This document shows positions 1 to 14,275 of a DNA stretch of 64,000 nt, piece by piece; within the stretch, counting starts at the first letter, position 1; each line of letters opens with the position of its first letter. Position numbers and translations under genes: made by a program. Location: contig OX597831.1 of assembly GCA_951406725.2 (NCBI GenBank), positions 64,976,001 to 65,040,000 of the forward strand, given 5' to 3'. The notes under the pieces were generated by a model that did not search any database, was not told the DNA's origin, and saw only the letters and a program-made list of their open reading frames with translations. The stretch is from Octopus vulgaris (lineage: Eukaryota).

Positions 1-74
1 CTATGTTGTATGGAGACATTTGTAGTGATTAAAAAAATAACTGTTCAACCGTACTCCTTCTTCTTGACTCTATC

Positions 75-500
75 GGATCTTTTCGGTTTGAACGGATGTT
101 TTTAACATAATTTCTAGGTAACTAAAAAATTTTAAACTTCGTATACTAGTAGAATGTGTTTATAAAAACATCTTTTTCTCTTGGCTTTATTGAGAAACTT
201 CTATAGTTTGTAAGATATTTGTTTTTTTTTTCTTCAATTTCTGCAATTTCAACCAATCAGTGACGTCTATTGAGGTGAAAACATTCTGTGCCGTATGAAT
301 ATGTCCCTCGTTTAAAAAACAGATTGGGTTTATTTACATTTGTGAAGAAAAAAGATACCCTTCCCCCTACTCCTAACCCTAACCCTAACCCTAACTCTAA
401 AAGAGATTGAAAAGCAATAGATCGATTCTAGGGTCATAATTATTGGTGACAATTTCATATGACACCGCTAGAAAAAACTGCCGTTCAAACCGAAAAGATC
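75..500 (+). mobile_element. MITE copy 1 (GGATC-TIR family, internal CCCTAA repeats)
   Basis: GGATCTTTTCGGTTTGAACGG at 75 and its reverse complement ending at 500; body matches the other copies; no TSD visible (abuts TG microsatellite). Confidence 0.9.
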
Positions 501-505
501 AATTT

Positions 506-565
<60 letters not shown>

Positions 566-684
566 TGTGTGTGTGTGTGTGTGAGTGTGCGTGTAATATT
601 GAGAACACTCACTCCACTCAAAATACTTTTGCCTTTTCCAGCATATAGTATTTTGCGAGTGGAGTGAGCTTTCATCACTAACTG

Positions 685-743
685 GTGATTAACACATGCT
701 GAGGACGGGCAACCACCCAGAAACTCGAGTCCGTGTGTATCAC
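685..743 (+). ncRNA. Minimal type I hammerhead ribozyme motif in a short insert between (TG)n and (TA)n
   Basis: Stem I ACACATG/CGTGTGT, core CTGAGGA, stem II GGG/CCC, GAAA, palindromic stem III CTCGAG, GTC cleavage triplet; C-A mismatch at the base of stem II. Confidence 0.65.
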
Positions 744-950
744 GTAAGGCTATACATTGGGGCGATGACTTCCCCTCGCAAATACTAATCGGACACAGAA
801 TGTACGTCGTTAGTCAGCTGGAAGAGATGTTTTCCTGGGGCTATAAACGTCAGTAGCTCTGTGCTGTATAGGATGCCACATTTGGTTGGCAATTATTTGT
901 TACGATTCCGCACTGCTACTGTTTATATCTCGGTCAGAGATTTAATATAG

Positions 951-1029
<79 letters not shown>

Positions 1030-1267
1030 TATATATATATATATATATAGTCCTTGCCTTCGAAACGTGGAGTTGATGAAACAGGGACAACTGAAGAAGG
1101 GGAATATTGTTTATGTTGTATGTCTCGTTTCTCTGTTTTTGTTTTTATGTTTTCGTTTCTCATTGTGTTCAACGTTTTTTGGGATGTCCTGTACCCATAT
1201 AGGCACATATATATATACATATATATGTAGGTATGTACATATATGTATGTATATATGCACATATATA

Positions 1268-1435
1268 TAGGGAGAGTTTACGAAAAAAACAACAAAAGAC
1301 GAAGACAGGTGGTGTACAAAACAAACAGATGTATTAGTATAACGGTCAGGAATAGAAAAATCTTTTACGTTTCGAGCCTACGCTCTTCTACAGACATGGA
1401 CACAGAAAACAAGGAGAGAAACAAGGAGAGAAAAA
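1268..1435 (-). mobile_element. Penelope-like terminal-repeat fragment in (TA)n
   Basis: Reverse complement of the elements at 46812-46996 and 58010-58190; carries the degenerate motif CTGTAGAAGAGC-GTAG-GCTCGAAACGTA. Confidence 0.6.
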
Positions 1436-1449
1436 TATACAAATATATA

Positions 1450-1519
<70 letters not shown>

Positions 1520-2243
1520 CATATCAAAGTGTATGCCAGTATATAAAGCTATTTAGCGCGTGTTTACTAGTAAAATAATTATTATTGGAACCTTTTTACT
1601 CAAATAGATTCCTCGGTGCGGTGTGTCTTTGACTCCAATTCCTTCACCCGGTTTTATCCTTTCATCTTTACGCGAGCTCCGCCTTTTCTTGGCCCTTTCT
1701 ACCGAAACTCTACAATTCCACCTTCCCTTTTCTTTCATTCACCCTCACTTGACTCCTGAATCTCTCATACGACTCCACCCCTACATCACTTTCACTCTTT
1801 TCCTTTCTCCTTTTTCTCTGACCTTCTCCCATATTCCCGACATCACTATTCTTCCCCTACAAGACCTTCATTCATTAGCAGCGAAAGATGTAGCACAGCT
1901 ACTTCTGTCGCCTCCTCACTCTCAGATGAAGTGTAAAGGCTTGAAACATTAAAGTTATCATTCCTCACAACAATTAAACTAAATCTAACTTTTCTGTGAA
2001 CTCTCCGCTTCACTATATACTAAGATTGGCTGAAAGTTAAGGAATGCTACAATGATACCTACGTTGAACATGGTAAACACGTGGATCTTTTATTAGATTA
2101 TATAAGCTGAAGGTTCAGTGGCCATAGAGTTTCCAGGCCCCAGTAAACCGAGGGATACGAAGGACCGTTTGAACTTATTGTAGTTATCCTTGAGTTAGAA
2201 TTGCTGTGATTATTGTTAGTGGAAAGCATATAATGCCGTTTTC

Positions 2244-2669
2244 GGATCTTTTCGGTTTGAACGGCAGTTTTTAACATAATTTCTAGGTAACTAAAAAAGT
2301 TTAAACTTCGTATACTGATAGAATGTGTTTATAAAACATCTTTTTCTCTTGGCTTTATTGAGAAAATTCTATAGTTTGTAAGATATTTGTTGTTTTTTTT
2401 CTTCAATTTCTGTAATTTCAACCAATCACTGACGTCCATTGAGGTAAAAAAAAAACATTCTGTGCCGTATGAATATGTCCCTCGTTTAAGAAACAGATTG
2501 GGTTTATTTACATTTGTGAAGAAAGAAAGATACCCTTCCCCCACCCCTAACCCTAACCCTAACCCTAAAACAGATTGAAATGCAATAGATTGATACTAGG
2601 GTCATAATAATGGATGACAATTTCATATGACACCGCTAGAAAAAACTGCCGTTCAGACCGAAAAGATCC
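2244..2669 (+). mobile_element. MITE copy 2
   Basis: Both TIRs present; 8-bp TSD CCGTTTTC at 2236-2243 and 2670-2677. Confidence 0.95.
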
Positions 2670-2845
2670 CCGTTTTCTAACATAGGCACGAGGCCACAAT
2701 TTTAAGGAAGGCTTTAGTCGATGAAATCAAACTCAGTACTTGAAAAAACTGCCGTTCAGACCGAAAAGATCCCCGTTTTCTAACATAGGCACGAGGCCAC
2801 AATTTTAAGGAAGGCTTTAGTCGATGAAATCAAACTCAGTACTTG
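2640..2845. repeat. 103-bp tandem duplication covering the MITE right TIR and flank
   Basis: 2640-2742 is repeated identically at 2743-2845. Confidence 0.9.
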
Positions 2846-3198
2846 ACTGGTACTTTATATTATCGACTCCGGATGGATGGAAACAAAGTCCACTTTGGTG
2901 AGATTTGCACATAGAACATTGAGGGCGATAATTAATCTAAAAATCTTCCTCTTTGAATATATTTGAATATATTATCTCGAGTACTGTTGATGCTTGGAGA
3001 CACATCCTGAAGCTGTCAAATAATATATAACTTGTAAATATACGCTATAGACGCAGAGCCATAAGAGTGGGTGTATGTGTATATATGTATGTAAATATAC
3101 ATCTGCACATTCTCTCTCACACACACACATACACGCATACACACACTCACACACACACACACACACACATATACATATATACATATATACATATATAC

Positions 3199-3298
<100 letters not shown>

Positions 3299-3715
3299 AT
3301 ACACACACATATTTATATAAACGCATGTATGTGTGTGTCTGTGTCTGTGTGTCTGTGTGTAAGTGAAAATCAGTACATGTCAATTAGTCAGAGGAAATCG
3401 TAGGATGCTGATAATGAGCAAATATTAATTAAATGCTATATTGTGTATCTATTCAAACGTGGATATCTGGTCGCAGTTGTTTTTCGTCCTCGGAGAGCTA
3501 CTCTCCTCTTTGGACAATGTGCGTTCATAACACACGCGATTCCATGGTGTAAGGGTACTTGAAGACATCACTGTGTGTCGACCTCGTCGTGTATCTCCTC
3601 AATCAAAAGCTACTCCGCCGGGTCGACGAATCTAACGAAAACTTTGGTTCGTTATTTCTAGTCAAGAATCACGAGTAGAAGAGAAATCTTAACAATTTGA
3701 ACATTTATCTTTCAG

Positions 3716-3791
<76 letters not shown>

Positions 3792-4061
3792 TAAAGATCT
3801 TGTTACACGGTCGCAATACTGGCCAGAATCAAACCTCAGTTCTATCTGAAGGGATGGGGGAGAGACAAACAAAGAGAGGAATAGAAAGAGAGAAAGGGGG
3901 AGAGAATGAGAGATAAAGATCAATCAAAAACCAACACTCTGAGGAGAATCTGAATACGAAGGACTATGTGATTATGGCATTAAAATACATGTAGTTTTAC
4001 ATATCAAAAGTAGAAGTAACAACAACAACAACAATAATAATAACAACAATAACAACAACAT

Positions 4062-4241
4062 AAAGAGCACTCATTATTTTCTTATCTTTTCTTAACCATT
4101 CTCAAGAAGAATACTATGTACAAAACCAAATATATGACACCTAAGGCATAACACAAGCATGAACTTCTAACTTGTTGTCTCTTTAGGTCTTTGGGTGAGA
4201 CTTGGAGCCAACTTGTACAAATACAAAGCAAAAGTCAAACA

Positions 4242-4242
<1 letters not shown>
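4062..4242 (+). mobile_element. 3' end of an R4/Dong-like LINE embedded in (AAC/AAT)n
   Basis: Homologous to 49064-49250 on the opposite strand; both run directly into long AAT arrays. Confidence 0.55.
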
Positions 4243-4527
<285 letters not shown>

Positions 4528-5082
4528 TGCCCTGATGCAGTACCAGTCAGTGGCTCTCATGGCTTCTGATCTTAACTGATTGGAAGTGTTATCATGTACA
4601 TTGTTTTGTCTTGGTATAAAAGATGGGCTACAGCAAATATTCTGCTCAATACCACAGATTTGCTTGTCAGTTGTTTGACCTTAACCAGTTGAGCATGTCC
4701 CTTAGTGGCTGACGATATGTGCATCTCTGATCACGAGCAGAAGTAGTGGGGGAGCATCATAGCCATGTGTTGAGAGGGATTCTTTGGGGTTTGAATAATT
4801 CACTTCTGGAAACATGGGTGGTTCTTTCAACATCCTTAAACAACCCTTATTCAGGGACCGTTTAAGCGGGATGGGCTACTCAACCTGAAGAAAATTCTAA
4901 CTGGGCCCCACTTGCAAGGTCATGTGCTGTTTATCTTGATATGAAATGACCATGTCGCGCACATATGGTTGTGACGCATGTGCCTGGTGTACCCTTATCA
5001 GACGGGTAGTCATGATGGGTATATTGGGCTTCGTATATTTTACCCCAGTGTTACTTTGATGGCATGAACTGCTCTCTCACTC
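4528..5082. mobile_element. Non-coding interspersed element inserted within (AAT)n
   Basis: Complex sequence bounded sharply by AAT arrays on both sides; no ORF; family not identified. Confidence 0.4.
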
Positions 5083-5153
<71 letters not shown>

Positions 5154-5159
5154 TAAACT

Positions 5160-6235
5160 TTTAATCTGCATGTTAGTCACAATCACTTGCCGAGACGCGC
5201 CCAGCGTCCTGGAGTAAGTTAAGGATAAGAGATGTTGCAGTATGACCGAAAGCTTGGGGAGGAGAAGTGTCAGGGCAGTAGCAAAATATCTTCATGTAAT
5301 ACAGCACAGACATTTAAATGGATAGGGTCTTCTAAGGATCTGGTCAGTACTTGTCAGCACAATCTTTTGGATTTCTCTGAGACATGGTTCTCCTGAGATT
5401 TTATCTAGATGCTTCTGACATCCCTTTTTATCATACCTAGGGCATCCACAATAACAGGAACAGTTCTCGCTTTAAGATGCCACATCTTTTGTATTTCAAT
5501 TTCCAAGCCCTTTGTATTTACTTAATTTGTCAAATTCATTTACAGATATATTTTTTTCGGGGAACACTTACATCTACAAGTATTTTCTTCTTCGACTTTA
5601 ATAATAATGTCTGGTCGATTAGCCTGGATCGTTCTGTCAGTGTTCACAGGAAAATCCCAGAAGATATTGCCATTTCTACCTTCAACGACTGGCTCAGGAT
5701 GATGTTCACGCCAGTAGGCAGGAGTTCTGATTTTATAGTTTACATATTTTCCAATGTAAATACTATCGTGACGATATTTGTATTCGTTTGGTGTCTACAC
5801 AGGATATCCCGAGACGAGATGGTCTATTGTTTCGTCAAATGTGTCGCAGAATCTGCATTTAGGGGCAGAACCATTTAGAAGAACGTTAGCCTGTTAGTTT
5901 TTTGTAAGCAAGGTTTGATCTTGTGCCGTCAATATGAAACTTTCAGTCTCTGCTTTCAGCCACTGATGGGTTATATTTTGGTATACATCAGAATTTCGAC
6001 TTCGAAGTATATACTGTCCATACAGAGGTTTCTGTTTCCATCTCTCCTCAATTTCTTTCTGCCCGTTCTTTTTCGCAGTCTGCTTGATCCGTTTTGCTTG
6101 TTTTGCAGCAGTGGTTTCGGGTTCTTCATCTATTTCAGGGTTAATTCCAAGTTCCTTTGCAAATTGCAAGCTTCATTGACAACAGAATGTGATTTTTTGC
6201 TACTTTCGTATTTACACACAATGAATTTGCTTTAG
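5160..6235 (-). mobile_element. Decayed 3' part of an R4/Dong-clade non-LTR retrotransposon (zinc knuckle + restriction-like endonuclease)
   Basis: Minus-strand peptides WLKAETESFILTAQDQTLLTKN, KCRFCDTFDETIDHLVSG, IFWDFPVNTDRTIQANRPDIII, KYKGLEIEIQKMWHLKARTVPVIV; frameshifted. Confidence 0.85.
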
Positions 6236-6460
6236 GGAAAGTTGATATCAAGGGAGGAATTTTCCAAGGAGACTCGTAAAACTCCAGAAAACAGTGTTAT
6301 TAGGGACAGCTGGGATACTTAGGAGGGATCTTGGCATCTAAGGTTATTTGTTGTAGCCCGATGTTAGGACTTTTTCTTTTCCAACAGTCTAATCTGTTGT
6401 GTGTATATGAAAATAATAACGATGATGATGATGAAGATGATGGTGGTGGTGGTGGTGATG

Positions 6461-6675
6461 ATTTAAAATTTTGGCACAAGGCCAGCAATTTTGGGATGGC
6501 GGGCTAAGTCGATTACGTCAACCCCAGTGCTCAACTGGTACTCTTTTTTATCGACCCCCGAATTTGATGAAAGGCAAAGTCAACCTAGGCTGAATTTGAA
6601 CTCGGAACGTAAAGACGGACGAAATGCCGCTCAGGATTTTGCCCGGCGTGCAAACGAATCTGCCATTTTGCCGCT
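6461..6675 (-). mobile_element. SINE family B (alternative 3' tail)
   Basis: Shares head and CCTTTCATC...GGGGTCGATAAA core with the other B copies; tail GGCCTTGTGCCAAAATTT. Confidence 0.8.
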
Positions 6676-6679
6676 TTAT

Positions 6680-6680
<1 letters not shown>

Positions 6681-6710
<30 letters not shown>

Positions 6711-6809
6711 AAGAAGAAGAAGAAGAAGAAGAAGAAGAAGAAGAAGAAGAAGAAGAAGAAGAAGAAGAAGAAGAAGAAGAAGAACAACAACAACAACAAC
6801 AACAACAAC
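6681..6809. repeat. (AAG)n(AAC)n microsatellite
   Basis: Direct reading. Confidence 0.97.
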
Positions 6810-7352
6810 CGAGGCAACTTTTGTCGCATGAAACATAATGGACATAATTAAATTACTGTTTGATTTGTCAATTAAGATATTTGTTAATCGTTTTTTGAAA
6901 AAAGCTGTCTGCGTATTTAAAGCTATGCAATTTCATGCTGAACATAATAATAACCATATCCTGTTTACCATCGTCGTATTGTAATAAATTTCCTACAAAT
7001 ATTTGTTTACCAAAAATAATATAATTTAATTAAGAAAAACATAAAACATATATCCTGTGGTCGTTTGCTACTTGTAGAAAAACATGACGCATCACATGTT
7101 GTGAGTCAGCAAAAATATCGACAATATGTCAGTTTCGTTCTTCCTTAATTGCAACAATTAAAATGTTCTAATTAATATACCGAATCACGTGGTTGCAGAC
7201 TCGCTTCCGACGAGTTATAGTGGGCACGACAGCCTTCTTGGTGATTACCTTTGCAAAGTATTCCTTAACTTTTCTTCTTCAGGTGGTCGATGGCGAAAAT
7301 GGTTTCTAAATGAAGACATCGATAGAATGCTCCTGAAAAGCAGGTTTGCTAG

Positions 7353-7785
7353 TTACTCTTTACTCTTTTACTTGTTTCTATCATTTGACTGTGACCATGC
7401 TGGAGCACCACCTTTAGTCGAGCAAATCGACCCCAGGACTTATTCTTTGGAAGCCTAGTACTTATTCTATCGGTCTCTTTTGCCGAACTGCTAAGTTACG
7501 GGGACGCAAACACACCACCATCGGTTGTCGAGCGATGTTGGGAGGACAAACACAGACACACAAACACATACGCACACACACATATAAATATATATACATA
7601 TATATATATATACATATATATACGACGGGCTTCTTTCAGTTTCCGTCTACCAAATCCACTCACAAGGCTTTGGTTGGCCCGAGGCTATAGTAGAAGACAC
7701 TTGCCCAAGGTGCCACGTAGTGGGACTGAACCCTGAACCATGTGGTCGGTAAGCAAGCTACTTACCACACAGCCACTCCTACGCC
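7353..7785 (-). mobile_element. SINE family A (tRNA head, internal TA/TG tract, GAGTAAA tail)
   Basis: A-box TGGCTGTGTGG, B-box-like GGTTCAGTCCC, CORE-like ACCTTGGGCAAGT; many near-identical copies in the window. Confidence 0.9.
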
Positions 7786-8394
7786 TATAGTTGTGTATTT
7801 CCTTTTTTAAATTCTCTGGGGTATTTTCATATAACAGGGATTGGTTTTTAACTAGAACGCAATGATCCATCGCTTACATAACAAATTAACAGTTGTATGT
7901 CAAATTTTAAGGATCTTATGTATTTTCACTGTTCCACTTATTGATTGAATTTGAAGAATGCGTGTTAAATGTTGTCTTTCTTCGGTTGAAAAATCTCAGG
8001 CTTCCCTAGTTTTTTTTATTAAACCTTTAATAGAATACTTAGTAATATTGTATGCATGTCGAATATATAATTTTATAGACACCAATGCAAAAGCATAATC
8101 TGGGCTAAGAATATGTAGGTTGGAGCAGTTGATCTTAAATGCTTATTTTTCTCACTAATTTTCAATGAAATATTTACATCAACTGGGTAAAGAATCCTCA
8201 CACCAGTCCAAACATTTTAGTTTTCTGTCCTGCACAACGTTCCTTGTATTGGAATATATAAATGTATTCCATATCAGATATAATGTTTGTTCCAAATCAG
8301 TCCTTATTATGGAAGGGATTGCACATTGTTTTAGCAATTACCTATTTTGCATACGAAGGTAGTGTCTAGAAGACAACATGGGTGATCTTTCGGT

Positions 8395-9070
8395 CATTGC
8401 CTAATATTTATAACCATAGATGACGATGGGCACGAAAACTAAATTGAAGATAACAAGTTCAGCTTCTTTCCTAGTTTTGCCTTTTCTGAAGATCGAATGC
8501 TGGAGCTGGCGCATTACTGTACTAGCATTAGCAATTCTAGCATCCAATTCAGTCTCCTGTTTCCCATCACTCATGAGTGGAGGCAAATGGCCTAGTGGTT
8601 AGAGCAGCGGATTCGCGGTCGAGGGATCGCGGGTTAGAATCTCAGACCGGGCGATGTGTGTGTTTATGAGCGAAAACACCTAAGCTCCACGCGGCTCCGG
8701 CAGAAGGTAATGACGAAACTTCTGCTGACTCTTTTGCCACAACTTTCTCTCACTCTTTCCTCCTGCATCTTGCAGCTCACCTGCGATGGACCGGCGTCCC
8801 ATCCAGGTGGGGAACCTATACGCCAAGAAACCAGGACACTGGCCCTTATGAGCCAGGCATGGCTCGAGAAGGAACAAAACAAAACAAAACATCACTCGTG
8901 AATATGGCTCGGAATTACTTGAAATCCACTTGGCTCTCTGATGTTCCACTAACATGCAGAGTGCACTGAGAAGACTTTCCTGAGAGGACTAATGTTTTAG
9001 TCATAGTAATACTAATTCTTACTCCTGCTTTGCAACAGTCGTCAGCGAACCCATTGAGTGCATGCTGGAG
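8395..9070 (-). mobile_element. RTE-clade RT fragment interrupted by a SINE
   Basis: SDGKQETELDARIANASTVMRQL...FVPIVIYG matches the RTE post-RT motif; extent right of the SINE is approximate. Confidence 0.65.
8579..8889 (+). mobile_element. SINE family C (tRNA-Arg-like head), tail type 1
   Basis: A-box TGGCCTAGTGG, TCG at the anticodon position, B-box; degenerate TSD CATCACTC(A/G)TGA. Confidence 0.9.
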
Positions 9071-9295
9071 ATTGCATAAGTAATACAATAGCACAGATAT
9101 ATATATTTTGATCTCATCTCGATGTCTCTAATGTTCAGCACATGTTTAGTAGTCATTTCCTGCTTTTGTTCTGAAAAAGCATAACCTTCAAAATGCGAGG
9201 CAATGCAACAGCCACGAAATTATCTACATTGGTGCCATTCTTGTGTTTTCGGGAAACATACACTAACTTTTTGTTCGCATGCAGACTGTTCCTAT

Positions 9296-9700
9296 ACTCT
9301 CTCTTTACGCTTTTACTTGTTTCAGTCATTTGACTGTGGCCATGCTGGAGCACCACCTTTAGTCGAATCATATCGACCTCCAGTACTTATTCTTTGGAAG
9401 CCCAGTACTTATTCTGTCGGTCTATTTTGCTGAACCGCTAAGTTACGGGGACGTAAACACACCAGCATCGGTTGTCAAGCGATGTTGGGAGGACAAACGC
9501 AGACACACAAACACACACATACATATATACATATATACGACGGGCTTCTTTCAGTTTCCGTCTACCAAATCCACTCACAAGGCTTTGGTCGGCCCGAGGC
9601 TATAGTAGAAGACACTTGCCGAAGGTGCCACGCAGTGGGACTGAACCCGGAACCATGTGGTTGGTAAGGAAGCTACTTACCACACAGCCACTCCTGCACC
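9296..9700 (-). mobile_element. SINE family A
   Basis: Near-identical to other A copies. Confidence 0.9.
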
Positions 9701-10926
9701 TATATCAAGTTTTCTTGAAATATGTTGCACCAACAGTTCTAGTGCCTTGTGGAATATTTTGAGGGCTGAAAGCTCCTCCAAGAATTCACTCCTTTCTCCC
9801 TCTCCTCACATCTGAGTTTTTGGTTACGGGATTTCCATTTAATGTTTAGCAGATATTTACCGAAGTTTCAAGACTGTCTGAAATGATCTTAAATTGTTTC
9901 CTCTATATGTTTTCCCTCTAGGGAACTTCATTATCACTCTTTCAGTGGAAACTTACAGCTGATGTCAGGATTTTTCAGATTTTAATATCAAAGGAACAGA
10001 ATTTCTCCATAGTCCAGCTAAGCAAACTACATCCTACAAAACATTGTGTACTATTTATCTGGTAGTAAGAACTTAGCTCCAGCTGCCATATTTTTTTGAA
10101 AATTGGTTTATGGTCGCTCCTTTATTTTTACAGTATCTTTGACAAATTTTCATCGATATTAGCAATACTGTTTGAAAGGAAGAGAGGGGACAGATTCGCT
10201 ATTTCTATTTATGTGTCCTTTTCGGAAAACTATGGACATATTGTTTGGCTACATTCTATCCTTACATCAATGTACATGCATATATAACTCAATGATTGTA
10301 TGAGAGTCTAATTTATTATATACAAGAGTGGACTCTGTGTTTGTGTATGTGTGTGTGTTTGTGTGTGTGTATGCGCGTGCGTGTGTGTGTATAAAAACAG
10401 AACACACGTACACACTAATCTGCACTTATTCTTACGAGCATCCATATGCGCATACATACACGCACACACACATAGAAAGACACACAGAGAGAAATGCAAG
10501 TACACACACAGAGACCAGTACATACATGCATATAACAAAAGAAAATGTTCAAGCGTCTAACACCTTTCCCGAGACAGCCTCGTATAAATAACTTCTCTAT
10601 TAAAATTAATTTCAACCCTCTTGGTAATGCGTCAACATTCGCTGTTAGTTTATCTCCCACCTCTGTGACTTTTCATAAGGTGACAGCCACCTTCAAGGTC
10701 TTGTCTAGGCTTGAACACGACATGTCAATACGAACCTGTGAATATATAATGAAGGGCAGAGTGAGAAGAGAATAACGGGTGTGTTGGTAGTGTATGTAGA
10801 GTGAAGAGGTGGGAATGATCTGTTAATGTTAAGTGGATATATATTATAGAAACTGTGAGCAATTTACTAGAAGATTGTTGAGTGAAACCTAGCAATCCAG
10901 TTAATTTAGCAAGCGAGGCCCCATCT

Positions 10927-13900
10927 CACTGAGGGGTGCCGGTGCACAATATTGCCTTCGAGAAGCGTACATTCTCTCCTGATGACTCCATAAGCTTGCA
11001 AGCATGCGGTATGCGAAGCTTTCAACCTGTAGATCTTGCATCTGCAAGTTGTTTACAAAAAATTTAAGAACTTGTAGTAACTACTGACATACCGGAAAGA
11101 CGGGTAGACACCTTGAAAAGACGAGAGGACTACTCGGAAAGACGAGCTGAAAATACGAAAGACTATTGACGCTAGGAAAGACTGGCGGAGGCCACGGACT
11201 TACAATCCTCGCTCTGTAATCTATTGTAACGTCTACAAACGTGAATGATGGCCTCATGATTGACAGTGGGGAGTCGAGAATCAGTCAAGTCCAATGGTCA
11301 ATACGGAAATAAACTTGGAACTGAATATAGCTACTCTTTCGAACATCGAACAAACAAACTGCAAAGAACTATGAATACCAGCTGTGTGCGTAGGACCTTT
11401 GCTACCGAGATAAGCTCAAAGCTACATCAGAGAAACACTTGTTGGAAGTGGACAGAGCAGTGTGGGTCATCTGATTGTAAAACACGTGGCAAATCTTCCC
11501 TTGACGCATACCACTGCGGCTCAACAAATGCTACAGTAAAGACAACTTCCCAACAGGAGACAAGTTATGAGACTGTTGCATCAGACAGTGCTCACAAAAT
11601 CCCGAAGGTTCTGAGGGTTTCTGTTAATGAAAAAGTAAAATATAAAGAATTTGGAAGCAAAGTATGCAAAGGTTTATATAAAATGACAGGATCCAGAGTA
11701 GAGAAACTGAGAAAGCTAACAAGCTCAATACACAATTTGTGAATTGAACTCTTTAGAGTAAAAAATATGGAACCCAATTGGCAAAATGAAATAATGAACC
11801 AGACAGAAGGAACAGGAAAATGAAACAAGTGAGAAGCGATAGCAATGTGCGGAGGAAGACGAAAAACTTAACTTCGCGTTGCTGTGCGAAGATTAAAAAC
11901 AAATGACGCTTTGTGCAACGAAATATCTGCTGATATGAGCGAAGAAGAGAAAGCAAAGGGACTCATGAACAGTTTCTTAAGAATCTGTACAGGTTACGAA
12001 GAAGCTGTTCACTGACCTAAAGATGGCACTTTATCGGGTACAAAAGGAGAACTGGATACTTATACCAAAGGAACCTACAGCAATCCAAATCGTAGTCAGC
12101 CACTACCATCTAAAAATGGACTGAAGCATCTCTTAGAACTTGGTGTCGAATTTCAAATTGGAGACAATCAGGAAGAAAGAAGTGAATGAGTTTGTAAGAA
12201 AAGTTAAAGCAAATAGTGTCCCAGAAGGTGAAGGCATCTCATATAAGATATATAAGTACTGCAATCATCAACGAAAGAATCTTTTCGCCCTGCTCCGACA
12301 GCTTTGGCACAAGGAGGCTCAAGTGGGGCATTGGTGTAAGGTAGAAAGCGTATACCTGTCAAAGGAAGTCAATGTAGAGACTATAAAATAGTTTAGACTG
12401 ATATCCTTATTGAATGGCAAGATTTTATGGGCATTACCTCAACAAGAACAGTGGCATACCTATTTCTTTACTACCCACAAGGGGCTAAACACAGAGGGGA
12501 CAAACAAGGACAGACAAACGGATTAAGTCGGTTACATCGACCCCAGTGCGTAACTGGTACTTAATTTATCGACCCCGAAAGGATGAAAGGCAAAGTCGAC
12601 CTCGGCGGAATTTGAACTCAGAACGTAACGGCAGACGAAATACGGCTACGCATTTTGCCCGGCATACTAACGATTCTGCCAGCTCGCATACCTTCAAAGC
12701 AATGGATATGTGGATGAATCTGTTAAAAAGGCTGGAATCCCTGAATGCGTTGAGCATTCTTTTTTGATTTGAAAAGCGATCCAGGATGCCAAACAGAACA
12801 AGTCTGACTGTGATATGGTTTGATCTAGCTAATGCATATGGCTCAGTGCCACACTAATTGGTGATGAGTGCCATGGACCACTTCCATATTCCGAAGAATG
12901 TGACAAAATTAATGATTTGACAGTTTCGAGATGAGATTTTACATCTGGTAACTTGACAACAGATTGGCACCGCCTGGAGATTGACATTGCTGTTGGCTGC
13001 ACAATATATGTCACGCGGGTTTTTCCTAGTTATAGAGGTGATTTTGAAAACGACAGATTTTTCGGAACAGATGGCCCATATACAATCACCTAAGAAGGTC
13101 TCCATGGATGAACTGACACTTCTGTCGATAGTCAAGCAGATCATGTAGATGACCCCTCAAGGCTAGTTGAGCTGATAAAGTAATCAAGAACGCGATTCAG
13201 GACAAAAACGTCGCGTAGTCTGACATTTATTAGAGAAGTGCAGAAAGAAGTAAAATTTAAAATTGCAGGCGAAAGCATTCTAACAGTCAAAGAAGCACCT
13301 GTTCAGAGCTTGGGATGTGTATACGCTGGAGCATTGTTAGATAAGAATCGCAAGATGCAGATTATGAAACAAGCCGAGGTTGGACTAACAGAATTTGATA
13401 GTTCAAAGCTATCAGGGAAGTATAAAATATGGTGTCTGCAGCTCGGCTTACATATGTGCCTTTCGTAACCATATATATGAGGTGGCACTGTCACGGGTTC
13501 AAATTACTGAGCAAAAGTGTCATGTGTTCATTAGAAAGTGGCTAGGGCTACCTCGGATATTGAACAGCTCAGGTCTTTATCGTAAAAAAAAAAGGTTTGT
13601 TACAATAACCGCTGGCGTTAATCGTCGAAATTTATAAAGTAGGGAAGGTACGAACAGTGATGATGCTAAGGGAGTCAAAAAATATAGAAATCAGGCATAA
13701 TCCATCAGATGTAAAAAAAAACAAAAAACAGCCAGGAAGTGGAAAGCAAAAGCAGAAACTGATGACATCCTGTCATCACTTGCACACTGAAATATATTTG
13801 GTGATACGCAAATTGATCGGTTCAGGCTGTTTCCAAGTATGATGCAGAGCGAACGCAGAATTGTTGTTAGTTCCAGTGTCAAGGCAAGGGAAACAGAGAG

Positions 13901-14237
13901 AGAAGAGTTTCGTTTGACTCAATACTTTCAACGAGGACAGATGACAAAATAGGAGGAACACGTTGTTGAGAGAAAAATAAGTTGGAATGAAATATGGAAG
14001 TGGAGTATATCAGGTCTGAGTTTTCTAATTCATTCATCCTACGATGCCTTGCATTCGCCTACAAACCTAGTAAGATGGAACGCATCAGAAAATGATATAT
14101 GGAGACGCGGAAAAGTCGGAACACTGAAACGTATTATTTCCAACTGGCACTGGACAGATATACATGGAGACACAATCTGGTCCTTAATGTCCTCTCCAAT
14201 GCAACAAAGAACCAAATTGCTCTCATTGACAGTTGCA

Positions 14238-14275
<38 letters not shown>

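Noticed and set aside
12546-12767. Recurring [30 protein letters not shown] and the recurring RASFSFRLPNPLTRLWSARG ORF
   Set aside because: They recur because they are antisense readings of SINE B and SINE A.
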